DNA from: Candidatus Pacebacteria bacterium CG_4_9_14_0_2_um_filter_40_15
GTDB taxonomy: Bacteria; Patescibacteriota; Microgenomatia; UBA1400; PJMF01
Length of the DNA: 64,000 nt
Assembly: GCA_002788675.1 (NCBI GenBank)
Contig: PFRS01000007.1
Location: 270 to 64,269 of the forward strand
Direction: 5' to 3'
Of the stretch, positions 55,684 to 64,000 are shown piece after piece. The notes beneath the pieces were generated by a model. It saw only the letters and a program-made list of their open reading frames with translations. It did not search any database and was not told the origin of the DNA. Every line of letters starts with the position of its first letter. The stretch's first letter is position 1. Made by a program: the position numbers and the translations under genes.

Positions 55684-57453
55684 ATGAAACGTTTATTCTC
55701 TTTTATTGCTGTGTTCGTTGCAGCAAGTAGTTTTTTTATTTCATCAGTACACGCTCAATCTGTATTGCCAGAAGAAATAGCATCTTTTCACTCCGATATA
55801 ACGATAAACAAAAATACATCTGTCTCTATTACTGAAACCATCGACTATACAACTACGTTGCAAAAACATGGTATTTACCGCTACATTCCAGTTACGTATG
55901 GGGCCGGTGGGAGAGAAAAAGAAACGCATCGAATTTCACACATTTCAGTCAAAGACGAAAGGGGTAGGACAATTCCTTTCACTCGATCTCAAGATGGTCT
56001 CAATCTTAATCTAAAGATTGGTGATGCTGATGTAACTTTTACAGGTGATAAAACGTATATTATTTCGTATGAGGTGGAGCAAGCGCTTGATCACTATGAT
56101 GATCATGTAGAGTTCTATTGGGATATAACTGGTGAAGGATGGAAAGTCCCGATTGCTTCATCAAGTGCGACGGTCACTTCTCCTTTCTCACCTATAGAAC
56201 GTGTTACCTGCTACTCAGGGTTGGTAGGGCGTGACGATGGTGGCTGTACCTCTAGTTTCATTGAAAGATCTGCTTCATTTGTATATCCACAGGAAGTTGC
56301 CTATGGTGAAAATTTCACAATAGTTGTTGGTTTACCTAAAGAGTCTCAACTGGTGTTTCCAACCCAACAAGAATTACTGCGATCATGGATTGAGGATAAC
56401 TGGGTGCTTTTTCTACTCCCCTTACCTACTTTGTTAGTTATTCTAGTATGGATAAAAAAAGGCAGAGATATTCAATTTGTCTCGCCTGATGTGTTTAATC
56501 TTGATCCTAATCGACCCGTGCAGCGACGACCACTGAGTTTTAAGGCACGCGAACCATTTGTGTATGAGCCTCTTAAAATGCTCACACCTGGTGAAGCAGG
56601 ATCACTGATTGATGGGCAAGCCAGCCCCCGAGATGTAGTTGCTGAAATCCTCGAGCTAGCTCGTAAAAAATATCTTAAAATTGATCGTGTCGAGAGCAAG
56701 GTGCTCTTTTTCAGTGTAAAGGACTACACGTTTACAAAATTGAAGCCAATGACCAGTCCTGAACCTGCAGCTCAGACCTATTTGTTTGGGCAACTCTTTA
56801 AGATCCAGGATGTAGTTTCACTTTCTTCCCTCAAGGGTACTTTTTATCAAGAAATGGCTGCAGTTCGGGCGATGCTGAAATCTAGTTTAGAGCAGAAAGG
56901 CATTTACGAAACAAAACCATCAGTTACAAAGGCTTGGGCTCTAGGAGTGAATTTTGCCTCCTCTGCTGCTGTGTTTGGATTAGTTTCTGTGTATCTGTTA
57001 CCACTTGATATAGTTTGGCCAGTAATTGTACTTTTTGTGCAGTTTGGTTTGTTAAGTCTCTGGGGAGGTCTGCTTGCACAGAAGTCAGCCGTCGGCACCA
57101 ATCTTTGGTTGCAAACACGTGGTCTTCGCAAAACTATTACGTATGGTAAATGGCGTGAAGAGATCAAAGAGAAAAATTTGTTTATTGAAGAAGTACTCCC
57201 CTTTGCAGTGGCTTTTGGTGTGGTGGACAAGTTAGCCTCAGATATGGACAAGTTGGGTGTGAATCCTCCCGATTATTTGGGTAGTGCAAATCTTGGTGGC
57301 TTAACAGCTGCACAGTTTGTAAATGACTTTAGTACCACTGTTGGACAGAATTTATCGTACAATCCGTCATCTTCCTCTAGGAGTGGTGGATCCGGTTTTA
57401 GTGGTGGTTCTTCTGGTGGCGGAGGTGGCGGCGGAGGTGGTGGTAGCTGGTAA
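55684..57453 (+). CDS. DUF2207 family membrane protein
   Basis: Signal peptide, HGIYRYIP, EFYWDITGEGW, LPFAVAFG, Gly-rich ..GGGGGGSW end. Confidence 0.92.
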   Translation: MKRLFSFIAVFVAASSFFISSVHAQSVLPEEIASFHSDITINKNTSVSITETIDYTTTLQKHGIYRYIPVTYGAGGREKETHRISHISVKDERGRTIPFTRSQDGLNLNLKIGDADVTFTGDKTYIISYEVEQALDHYDDHVEFYWDITGEGWKVPIASSSATVTSPFSPIERVTCYSGLVGRDDGGCTSSFIERSASFVYPQEVAYGENFTIVVGLPKESQLVFPTQQELLRSWIEDNWVLFLLPLPTLLVILVWIKKGRDIQFVSPDVFNLDPNRPVQRRPLSFKAREPFVYEPLKMLTPGEAGSLIDGQASPRDVVAEILELARKKYLKIDRVESKVLFFSVKDYTFTKLKPMTSPEPAAQTYLFGQLFKIQDVVSLSSLKGTFYQEMAAVRAMLKSSLEQKGIYETKPSVTKAWALGVNFASSAAVFGLVSVYLLPLDIVWPVIVLFVQFGLLSLWGGLLAQKSAVGTNLWLQTRGLRKTITYGKWREEIKEKNLFIEEVLPFAVAFGVVDKLASDMDKLGVNPPDYLGSANLGGLTAAQFVNDFSTTVGQNLSYNPSSSSRSGGSGFSGGSSGGGGGGGGGGSW

Positions 57454-57530
57454 AACAGCATCCCCATGAAGCATCTGCTGATTTCTGGCAAAAAATTAGA
57501 ACACTTTTCCATTTTTCTTTGAAAAAATAA

Positions 57531-57656
57531 GGTATGAGTGCAGTCTTACAGAGTTTCATGAGGTCGTCAGCAAATACTGTTTGCAACTTGCAGGTTATGT
57601 GAGGTCCGAATGAAAGCGACCTGTTGGGAGCGGCTCTGTAAGACTACACGTATACC
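57531..57656 (+). ncRNA. unidentified 126-nt structured element (long closing stem)
   Basis: GGTATGAGTGCAGTCTTACAGAG pairs with CTCTGTAAGACTACACGTATACC; inner AGGTCG/CGACCT; G-U pairs favour + strand. Confidence 0.5.
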
Positions 57657-57834
57657 ATCTCCTGCTATACTTCCCCCAATAACCTGTTACAATTACACCA
57701 TAGTTTTGAGCAGTTCGAATGACGGACAACATGAATTTCATTTTCCTTCGGTCTAACATGTTCTTAACTGAGTAAAAAAAGCTCAGTATATTTACTGAGC
57801 GTTGAGAGTTCTCTAAGAACTCGGTAGGAGTAGG

Positions 57835-58182
57835 ATGCAAGACGCACCACAAGAAAATCCCAAGAAGCTATTCGTGGGTAATCTTCCTTTCAGTACAACT
57901 GAAGAAGATGTAGTAAGTATGTTTTCAGATTTCGGAACAATTGCTGACGCAGCTTTGATTATGGACCGCATGAGTGGTCGATCAAAAGGTATCGCTTTTG
58001 TTACTTTCGAAACTGAAGATGAAGCTAAAGCAGCAATCGATGGTTTGAACGGTCATGAAATTGACGGTCGTGCAATCGTTGTTAACGTTGCTCGCCCAAG
58101 AGTTCCTCGAACTGACTTCGGTGGAGGACGTGGAGGTGATCGCCGTGGAGGTGATAACCGTGGTGGCCAACGCCGCTACTAA
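57835..58182 (+). CDS. RRM-domain RNA-binding protein with RGG tail
   Basis: KLFVGNL (RNP2), KGIAFVTF (RNP1), Gly/Arg tail; ~160-nt leader from TGCTATACT. Confidence 0.95.
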   Translation: MQDAPQENPKKLFVGNLPFSTTEEDVVSMFSDFGTIADAALIMDRMSGRSKGIAFVTFETEDEAKAAIDGLNGHEIDGRAIVVNVARPRVPRTDFGGGRGGDRRGGDNRGGQRRY

Positions 58183-58202
58183 TCTTTACAAAAAGAAACT
58201 AG

Positions 58203-58229
58203 AAAAAGGCAGGGTAACCTGCCTTTTTT
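58203..58229 (+). terminator. intrinsic terminator
   Basis: aaaaaggcagg-gtaa-cctgcctttttt. Confidence 0.8.
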
Positions 58230-58323
58230 GGTGGTTCAACGTTTTCGGTCTTGAGCTCAACAGTCCCTAGGAGTATAAACGAGCCATAAAGTGCATTAGT
58301 TTGGTAGTAGTGAGGTGTTAAAA

Positions 58324-58824
58324 ATGTCTGAAAAAATTGAGAGATCAGTTGCACGAGTCGTATTGCGAGTGCCTGTAGTACATCCAAAAAATAATCAAAA
58401 AGTTGGAAATGAAGTTGCGCTAACTATGCGACCAGGCTGGTCTAACTTGGGTAGATATGCTTATACACTTCCTGGTGGAAAAATTGAAACTGCTGATTTT
58501 GCAGCTGGAATTGCTGAAAATATAACTCCTGATCAGATGCAGAGTGCTGGAATTCGGGCAGCTGTTCGAGAATTGTCAGAGGAATTGGGTATAACTCTTT
58601 CACACCAATTACTACAATTTGTGCTCTGTGCAACCAATGAATCTAATTGGACAACCTATGTATATGCGGCTGATTTAGAGAGCAAGCCTCAGCTGCTTGT
58701 ATTGCCAGAGAGCGCTGGAACACTCTGGTTGCCTGAATCAGAGTTGCTGAGTGGAACAATCCCATTGTTTGCTGATCATGGTGCATTTGTTGTGGCTGCA
58801 TTGCAGTTACTTTCAAATACCTAA
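58324..58824 (+). CDS. NUDIX hydrolase
   Basis: LPGGKIE...AAVRELSEELG with an insertion inside the Nudix box. Confidence 0.85.
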   Translation: MSEKIERSVARVVLRVPVVHPKNNQKVGNEVALTMRPGWSNLGRYAYTLPGGKIETADFAAGIAENITPDQMQSAGIRAAVRELSEELGITLSHQLLQFVLCATNESNWTTYVYAADLESKPQLLVLPESAGTLWLPESELLSGTIPLFADHGAFVVAALQLLSNT

Positions 58825-58886
58825 TTTTGTTTTTTCTCAGTGACCCAGTATAATGCTCTACTAGATACGTCTACCAAAAGGAATGC

Positions 58887-59390
58887 ATGCCTGTTCTCAC
58901 CCACGATGAGATTAAAAAGGAAATTGAAAAAGGAACTCTAACGTTCTCTCCTCCAATTTCAGATGATCAAATAAGTGTGGCCTCTGTAGATTTACATTTG
59001 GCTCCAGAATTCAGAGTGTTTGAAAAGGGTACTCGTCAGTTAGATCTTGTTGAAGAAACAAACTACATGGATTGTACGCGTGAAGTTCTAAGTGACAGTT
59101 TATTTGTTAAGCCAGGTGAAACGGTGCTTGGAGTGACGACAGAAATAATAGGTATTCCAAGTACTATGTGTGGTTGGCTTGAAGGCCGTAGTCGCTTTGC
59201 GCGTCTTGGATTGCTGATACACATTTCAGCTGGATTCATTCAACCTGGTGTGGCAAATAGACAAGTTCTTGAAATTACCAATTTAAGCCCAAATACTCTT
59301 GTATTACATGCAGGTGAGCGTTTGTGTCAGATAATATTCCAACGATGTGAGGGTGAAGCAACCTATTCAGGAAGATTCGTGTCACAGTAA
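58887..59390 (+). CDS. dcd: dCTP deaminase
   Basis: ASVDLHL, LEGRSRFARLGL, AGFIQPG, LEITN, CQIIF. Confidence 0.92.
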   Translation: MPVLTHDEIKKEIEKGTLTFSPPISDDQISVASVDLHLAPEFRVFEKGTRQLDLVEETNYMDCTREVLSDSLFVKPGETVLGVTTEIIGIPSTMCGWLEGRSRFARLGLLIHISAGFIQPGVANRQVLEITNLSPNTLVLHAGERLCQIIFQRCEGEATYSGRFVSQ

Positions 59391-59564
59391 TTACTGATTT
59401 GGACACATTCTTTCACAATCGAACTGTGGTTTTATAAAATAAAACTCAGTACTACAACTGCACGAACTAAAATAGTTTCCAGGCTGAAAAATCTCAATAT
59501 ATGCAGCTAAGAGTCCAATAACGATCACAATCAGAGCCAGAGTGGTGTTGGGAATGGTCTTCAT
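59391..59564 (-). CDS. 57-aa membrane-anchored Cys-rich small protein (absent from ORF track)
   Basis: MKTIPNTTLALIVIVIGLLAAYIEIFQPGNYFSSCSCSTEFYFIKPQFDCERMCPNQ; TGATACACT 6 nt before ATG; stop abuts dcd stop. Confidence 0.7.
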   Translation of the reverse strand: MKTIPNTTLALIVIVIGLLAAYIEIFQPGNYFSSCSCSTEFYFIKPQFDCERMCPNQ

Positions 59565-59617
59565 ACTGATAGTGTATCAACCAAACAGATTTCACACAAT
59601 TCTGATACAATACCTCA

Positions 59618-60097
59618 GTGCAAATACCTAAAAAAACCATTCCTTTTACTAAAGAAAAATATGAACAGATGCAACAAAAAGTTGCAGATCTTTTGGCTCT
59701 TCGAGTTGAAGTCATGGAAAGATTGGTCACTGCCCGAGAGATGGGGGACCTTTCAGAAAATGGTGCATATAAATATGCTAAGTTTGAGTTAGGAAATATT
59801 GGTAGAGAACTTAAAAAATATCAAGGTTTGCTTGATAGAGGGTATACTCAAGAGCGGTCCGCTGCTTCACGTCAGGTGATTGATTTTGGAAGTGTGGTTA
59901 CCGTACAGCACTCTGATAACCCAGAGAAAAATAAAACATTCACTATTGTAAGCAAACATGAATCAAACCCTGTTGCCGGGTTATTGGCCTTTTCTAGTCC
60001 TATTGGTAGAGCTGTGATGAAGAAAAAAATTGGTGATAGTGTTGATGTTTTAACTCCTCGTGGTACAGTCTCATACCTTATAACTGAGATTAATTGA
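59618..60097 (+). CDS. greA: GreA/GreB family elongation factor (second paralog)
   Basis: AREMGDLSENGAYKYAK, SPIGRAVMKKKIGD; GTG start 6 nt after TGATACAAT. Confidence 0.88.
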   Translation: MQIPKKTIPFTKEKYEQMQQKVADLLALRVEVMERLVTAREMGDLSENGAYKYAKFELGNIGRELKKYQGLLDRGYTQERSAASRQVIDFGSVVTVQHSDNPEKNKTFTIVSKHESNPVAGLLAFSSPIGRAVMKKKIGDSVDVLTPRGTVSYLITEIN

Positions 60098-60148
60098 CAT
60101 ACTCAATGTTAATTGCATCTTGTGTGCTTTTATTGTTACTATAGGTAC

Positions 60149-61645
60149 ATGGATATAACAAAACTCCCCTTTTCTTCCTTTCGCGAAAATACTGTGTGGG
60201 AAACATTTATTACAGAGAAATTGCGTCCACTTGAAAATGACCTGACTAACTATTTAAGATATTGGTACATAGAAAGTCAGGAAAATAATCGTGCTTACCC
60301 AAGTCAGGGTCTGTTAAAAACACCCTTTGATGAATTTGAGTATAAGCAAAGAGGTATGATTCCTGTCAAAGAGATTCTTCATATTTTACGTGTGAGGCAG
60401 TATTTTTTGGAAATTTTTAATCATCCTGAACGTATTGCTGCACTTAAAAAAATGCAACGCAAGCCATTTATTGCCCCTTCTGCTATTGCTTCAACGGTTA
60501 TGGAACAAACAATTGCAGACGGATTGGCACTTTCAATTTCTGATTTAGGCATACGGGTAGTTGGATCTCAGCGGGAACGAGTGTCTCGCAAGCAGCGACT
60601 TACGCATGGTCCATTTGTTAAGTTGGGAAAATATGCTCGATCGATGCTGGTTGGTTCAGCAATGCCTGACGTTTGGGGTAGTGTCTATGCAATTTCAACT
60701 ATGGCTCAGTGTTTGTCTTTAGTTGGTGTTCCACGGAATGGTCCATTTAATAAAATTAGTCGTCAAGCTGCACTGGCTCAGGAGGTTTTTAAGGCACTTG
60801 AAGAAAGCGAAGTGCTTATTGGAAGGAGTCACTATCAGAAACAATTTCTACTTGAACAGTGGAAACATAACGTTATGGGAGTCATAGATGCTGATCCCAA
60901 GAAGGCACTAGAACGTGCAAAGGCTTTATATGCAGTTGGAGTAAGAACCTTTAGAGTGTATTCACCTGAACCAGGTAAGGGTCCAGTGCGTACAGTCAAG
61001 ATGTTGCGAAAGCACTTTGGAGACGAAATTGAAGTGTTTGCTGGCCAAGTAGTTGATGTTTTACAAGCACAGCAACTCGAGGCAGCAGGAACAGATGGTC
61101 TCTATATTGGAATTGGTGGAGGTGGTCGGTGTATTACTGGCGTTCGGAGTGGTTCGGTGATAGATTGGCCAGTTCTTTTATGGGAATTGCGTGGTACGAT
61201 AACGATTCCTGTTATTGTTGAAGGTGGAGCAAGTGATCATATTGCGACCACTTTGGCTCTTGGGGCTTCAGGCATTGGTGTATCTCGAGTTGTAGCTGGG
61301 GGTACAATTGAGTCCCCTGGCGGTATGCTCTACTATATAGATAAGAATGGCAGCTACTTTAAGCCTTATGGTGGCGAAGCTTCAGCAAGGACAAAATACC
61401 TTGATAATAAAATGCTCCCTTTTGATTTACCATCTTTTGTTGAAGGTGAAACACGACGAGCATATATGAATCATGTACCGTATGGCGTACCTACAATTCC
61501 ATTCCATGTGCACAGCTTAACCGAAGATATAATTTTGTCGTTAGTGTTTAGAAGTGCCGAAGATATTACTCAGTTTCAGGCATTCGATCCGTCACCTATT
61601 CGCAGAAATACCTCTCAGGGATCTTGGCAGCAGAATACTCATTAA
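60149..61645 (+). CDS. divergent IMP dehydrogenase/GMP reductase family protein
   Basis: GSAMPDV, AGQVV, IGIGGGGRCITG (catalytic Cys), VIVEGG, LALGAS, ESPG, VEG; novel N-terminal extension. Confidence 0.8.
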   Translation: MDITKLPFSSFRENTVWETFITEKLRPLENDLTNYLRYWYIESQENNRAYPSQGLLKTPFDEFEYKQRGMIPVKEILHILRVRQYFLEIFNHPERIAALKKMQRKPFIAPSAIASTVMEQTIADGLALSISDLGIRVVGSQRERVSRKQRLTHGPFVKLGKYARSMLVGSAMPDVWGSVYAISTMAQCLSLVGVPRNGPFNKISRQAALAQEVFKALEESEVLIGRSHYQKQFLLEQWKHNVMGVIDADPKKALERAKALYAVGVRTFRVYSPEPGKGPVRTVKMLRKHFGDEIEVFAGQVVDVLQAQQLEAAGTDGLYIGIGGGGRCITGVRSGSVIDWPVLLWELRGTITIPVIVEGGASDHIATTLALGASGIGVSRVVAGGTIESPGGMLYYIDKNGSYFKPYGGEASARTKYLDNKMLPFDLPSFVEGETRRAYMNHVPYGVPTIPFHVHSLTEDIILSLVFRSAEDITQFQAFDPSPIRRNTSQGSWQQNTH

Positions 61646-61677
61646 TCTGTGTCTTAATGGGACTGAGTCTCAAGGAA

Positions 61678-62613
61678 TTACTGCAAGCCTTCAAATACTA
61701 TTTTTGAAAGTTCTTGAATAGTTTTTTGTTGCTCGCTAATATTGGTACCTTTAGTCATAATGCACAACACATACGGTCTATTGGGGTTATAGATAATGCC
61801 GCAGTCGTGCAGTTGTTTAAGTTCTTGGCTATGAGAAATGCCATATTTATGAGCAACTATAATGTCGCTGGGTACGCCTGCCTTAAGTCCGTCATCAAAA
61901 TCTGAGGTAGTTAATAATTGCAAGATTTTTTCTGAGTTTCCCCAAGAAAGATATGAGGCATTAAAGAGCACTCGGAATAATGATGCGTATGACCTAACAG
62001 AAACAAAATTTTGAGGGGTGGTTGCTGATGGAAACGGAATTCCCAAATCATCATGTGTTTTTTTTATTTCTGAGTCTGAAAGTGAGTTTGTGAGCATGTT
62101 GAAAGCTTGATTATCCGAAAGTACTAGTGCTCTCTCAATAAGGGACTGCACGGAATAGCTTTTGCCTAGTTCTAATGAGGGTTGATCAGCTCTATTTGAG
62201 GGAATTTCTTCTGAGTATGTGAGCTCGCTGGATAATAAGTTCGGATCAAGATCTGCTTTTTTATAGTAGCTCATTGCAATGGGAAGTTTTAATAAACTTT
62301 GAGGTGAAAAAGTTGTTTCTTCGTTGATACCAAACCATGGCCCATTATTCAAATCACGATAGTACACACTTACTTCTTCAGTATGACGACTCTTAATGGT
62401 ATCCTCAAGTTTATTTTTAACTGATTGCAAATGTATGTCAATTTTTAATTCAGATTCTGCACATTCTAAGAGTGGATTGATGAGTTTGTAGCCAGTTTCT
62501 CTTTTTTCAGTGATGGTAGTGCTAGAAGTACCCTTTTTAAGATACGGTGAAATGGCAATTCCTACAATAAAAAATAGTACAGAAGATAGAATGAGTAGGG
62601 ATATATATTTCAT
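61678..62613 (-). CDS. serine hydrolase, class A beta-lactamase-like/PBP fold, membrane-anchored
   Basis: SLLK (SxxK), SDN, HKYG, HDCGI motifs; N-terminal TM; start MKYIS. Confidence 0.88.
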   Translation of the reverse strand: MKYISLLILSSVLFFIVGIAISPYLKKGTSSTTITEKRETGYKLINPLLECAESELKIDIHLQSVKNKLEDTIKSRHTEEVSVYYRDLNNGPWFGINEETTFSPQSLLKLPIAMSYYKKADLDPNLLSSELTYSEEIPSNRADQPSLELGKSYSVQSLIERALVLSDNQAFNMLTNSLSDSEIKKTHDDLGIPFPSATTPQNFVSVRSYASLFRVLFNASYLSWGNSEKILQLLTTSDFDDGLKAGVPSDIIVAHKYGISHSQELKQLHDCGIIYNPNRPYVLCIMTKGTNISEQQKTIQELSKIVFEGLQ

Positions 62614-62743
62614 ATAGGAAGTAAGTATTTTAAATTGTATGGATAGTACTCGATATAGTATGAGGCTAGTTTGTACGTATGCAAGATTGAAATCAATGCA
62701 TTTTGTATTATTCTCGAGCTGATTTGGGAGCGTAATTAGTTCC

Positions 62744-62776
62744 AAAAAATCAGGGAAGCATTTTGCTTCCCTGATT
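62744..62776 (-). terminator. intrinsic terminator
   Basis: aatcagggaagca-ttt-tgcttccctgatt with A run. Confidence 0.7.
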
Positions 62777-62801
62777 GATTTGAGTATTTGCTTTCTTAGA
62801 T

Positions 62802-63584
62802 CTATTTATCAAGATGTTTTGTGTACTTTACACACTGTCCCTGATTTTTGAACTGCATAGAACCATAATTTTCCCATGCATAGTTTTTGCACTGGTCAGT
62901 TTCAATTGGGGATACGTTTTCGACAAGTATATCGATACTACTTGTTGCTGTATTTCCTGCACTATCAACAACATGTGTAGTAACAGTATATGTTCCTTCT
63001 GCAAGTTGACGAGTGTCTAATGTATATAGAATTTCATCTGAAATTGGGATATCACTATACACTTGTGCAGTTGTATCAATAACGACATTTGCTTGATTTG
63101 TGACATCAACCCAGTATTTTTGAAGATTTGCATCGTTCAGTGTGACTTTAAAGTCAATGAGACCTTCCGTTGAGCCAACTAAATTAGTCATTTGAACTGA
63201 AGGAGTTGTGTTGTCTGTGGTAAAGCTATTGAGAGTGCTCCAGATGTAGTCTTCGTTTACTGTATCTATTGCTTCTACTCGCCACCAGAAAGTACCTTCT
63301 TGGCCAAAACCATTTAATGCAACTTCAGAGTTTGGCGTGAAATATGAATATACAGGTTGTGAGGAGAGATCTGCAGAACTATACACTTCGACAATATAGA
63401 ATTCGCTTCCTGAGACATCATCCCAATCTAGAATCGTTGAACCTGAATTTATAATTGAGCCATTTTCTGGTGAAGTAAGTATTGGCTCTGATAAAGCAGC
63501 AAATGCAGGTGATACGCTTGTTGTTAGCAATATTCCCAGTGCAAGTGCTAAGGCCATTTGTATTTTTTTTAACTGTTTTTTCAT
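62802..63584 (-). CDS. secreted protein with Fn3/Ig-like domains and C-terminal Cys motif
   Basis: Signal peptide ..PAFA, LTSPENG..WWRVEA..WS, DSAGN, CK..W..FKNQGQCV. Confidence 0.8.
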   Translation of the reverse strand: MKKQLKKIQMALALALGILLTTSVSPAFAALSEPILTSPENGSIINSGSTILDWDDVSGSEFYIVEVYSSADLSSQPVYSYFTPNSEVALNGFGQEGTFWWRVEAIDTVNEDYIWSTLNSFTTDNTTPSVQMTNLVGSTEGLIDFKVTLNDANLQKYWVDVTNQANVVIDTTAQVYSDIPISDEILYTLDTRQLAEGTYTVTTHVVDSAGNTATSSIDILVENVSPIETDQCKNYAWENYGSMQFKNQGQCVKYTKHLDK

Positions 63585-63589
63585 ACTTT

Positions 63590-64000
63590 TTACTTTCGCT
63601 TTCTTTTCTTCTTCACTGGTTTAGGAGTATGCAGTTTGATAAGACCCAAACTTGCAAATAGTGCATAGAATTTACAGCCAAGACAATAATTTAGGAATGA
63701 TGCTGAAAAGGTAGCACCTACCAAAAATCCGACTGTGAGGATGAGTGGGATTTGAAATCCTAGATAGTAAAAAGCATACACGAGAATGGTCATAAAGAGG
63801 CCAATTTTGGCTGCAAAAAGTTTTGGCGCTCTGTCAATCATGTATGGTTTTATACCAGCTACTCTTATTATTATTTGATTCAATCTATACACAGGGCTGA
63901 GTTCAATGGCGTAAGCTCTAAGAAAAAAAGACACAATTAAGAAAAGCCATATGGCTGGATATAACCAACCAGCGATAACTAAGAATAAAGAAGCAAGACA
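63590..64000 (-). CDS. DUF4395-like membrane protein (5' end outside window)
   Basis: APKLFAAKIG...NYCLGCKFY; frame stays open to the window edge. Confidence 0.8.
   Translation of the reverse strand, partial: CLASLFLVIAGWLYPAIWLFLIVSFFLRAYAIELSPVYRLNQIIIRVAGIKPYMIDRAPKLFAAKIGLFMTILVYAFYYLGFQIPLILTVGFLVGATFSASFLNYCLGCKFYALFASLGLIKLHTPKPVKKKRKRK

Noticed and set aside
57370-57450. GGT/GGC tandem repeat
   Set aside because: Encodes the ordinary Gly-rich C-terminus of DUF2207 proteins
57541-57645. Hammerhead ribozyme on the minus strand (CTGACGA...GAAA)
   Set aside because: Stem II cannot pair (CCTCAT), the position that must be U before the cleavage site is C, and no stem I forms
61678-62613. 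Functional class A beta-lactamase resistance gene
   Set aside because: Has SxxK, SDN and KxG but no ExxLN omega-loop glutamate; more likely a PBP-like serine hydrolase

Overview
Gene-dense, AT-rich bacterial chromosome segment read with the standard code. Gene content and style (fermentative enzymes, GT4-GH57-GH15 cluster, F-type ATPase with a truncated delta subunit, many orphan proteins) suggest a Patescibacteria/CPR, Microgenomates-like genome; this taxon call is an inference. Housekeeping content: six tRNAs (none with encoded CCA), rluB-like, epmA-efp, pyk, rpsU, proS, prs, secA, serS, lysS, two greA paralogs, atpBEFHAGDC, mutM, split transketolase, truB, malic enzyme and dcd. No CRISPR array, integrase, transposase or prophage was seen. 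Most notable observations: (1) two ~160-bp mini-elements of identical architecture at tRNA-Pro and tRNA-Gly, each duplicating the tRNA 3' end from the same T-loop position and sharing a 14-nt GTGAGCGAAGCGAG motif; (2) a 1377-aa orphan that looks like a highly expanded choline/carnitine acyltransferase with an intact HxxxDG motif; (3) transcriptional T-box riboswitches on serS and proS whose cognate codon sits in a 7-nt anticodon-like apical loop; (4) a LysRS-HD-domain fusion and epmA-efp without epmB; (5) pervasive leaderless-type promoters, a hidden 57-aa Cys-rich membrane protein and an unexplained 126-nt structured element. All protein assignments come from motif recognition by eye, not database searches.
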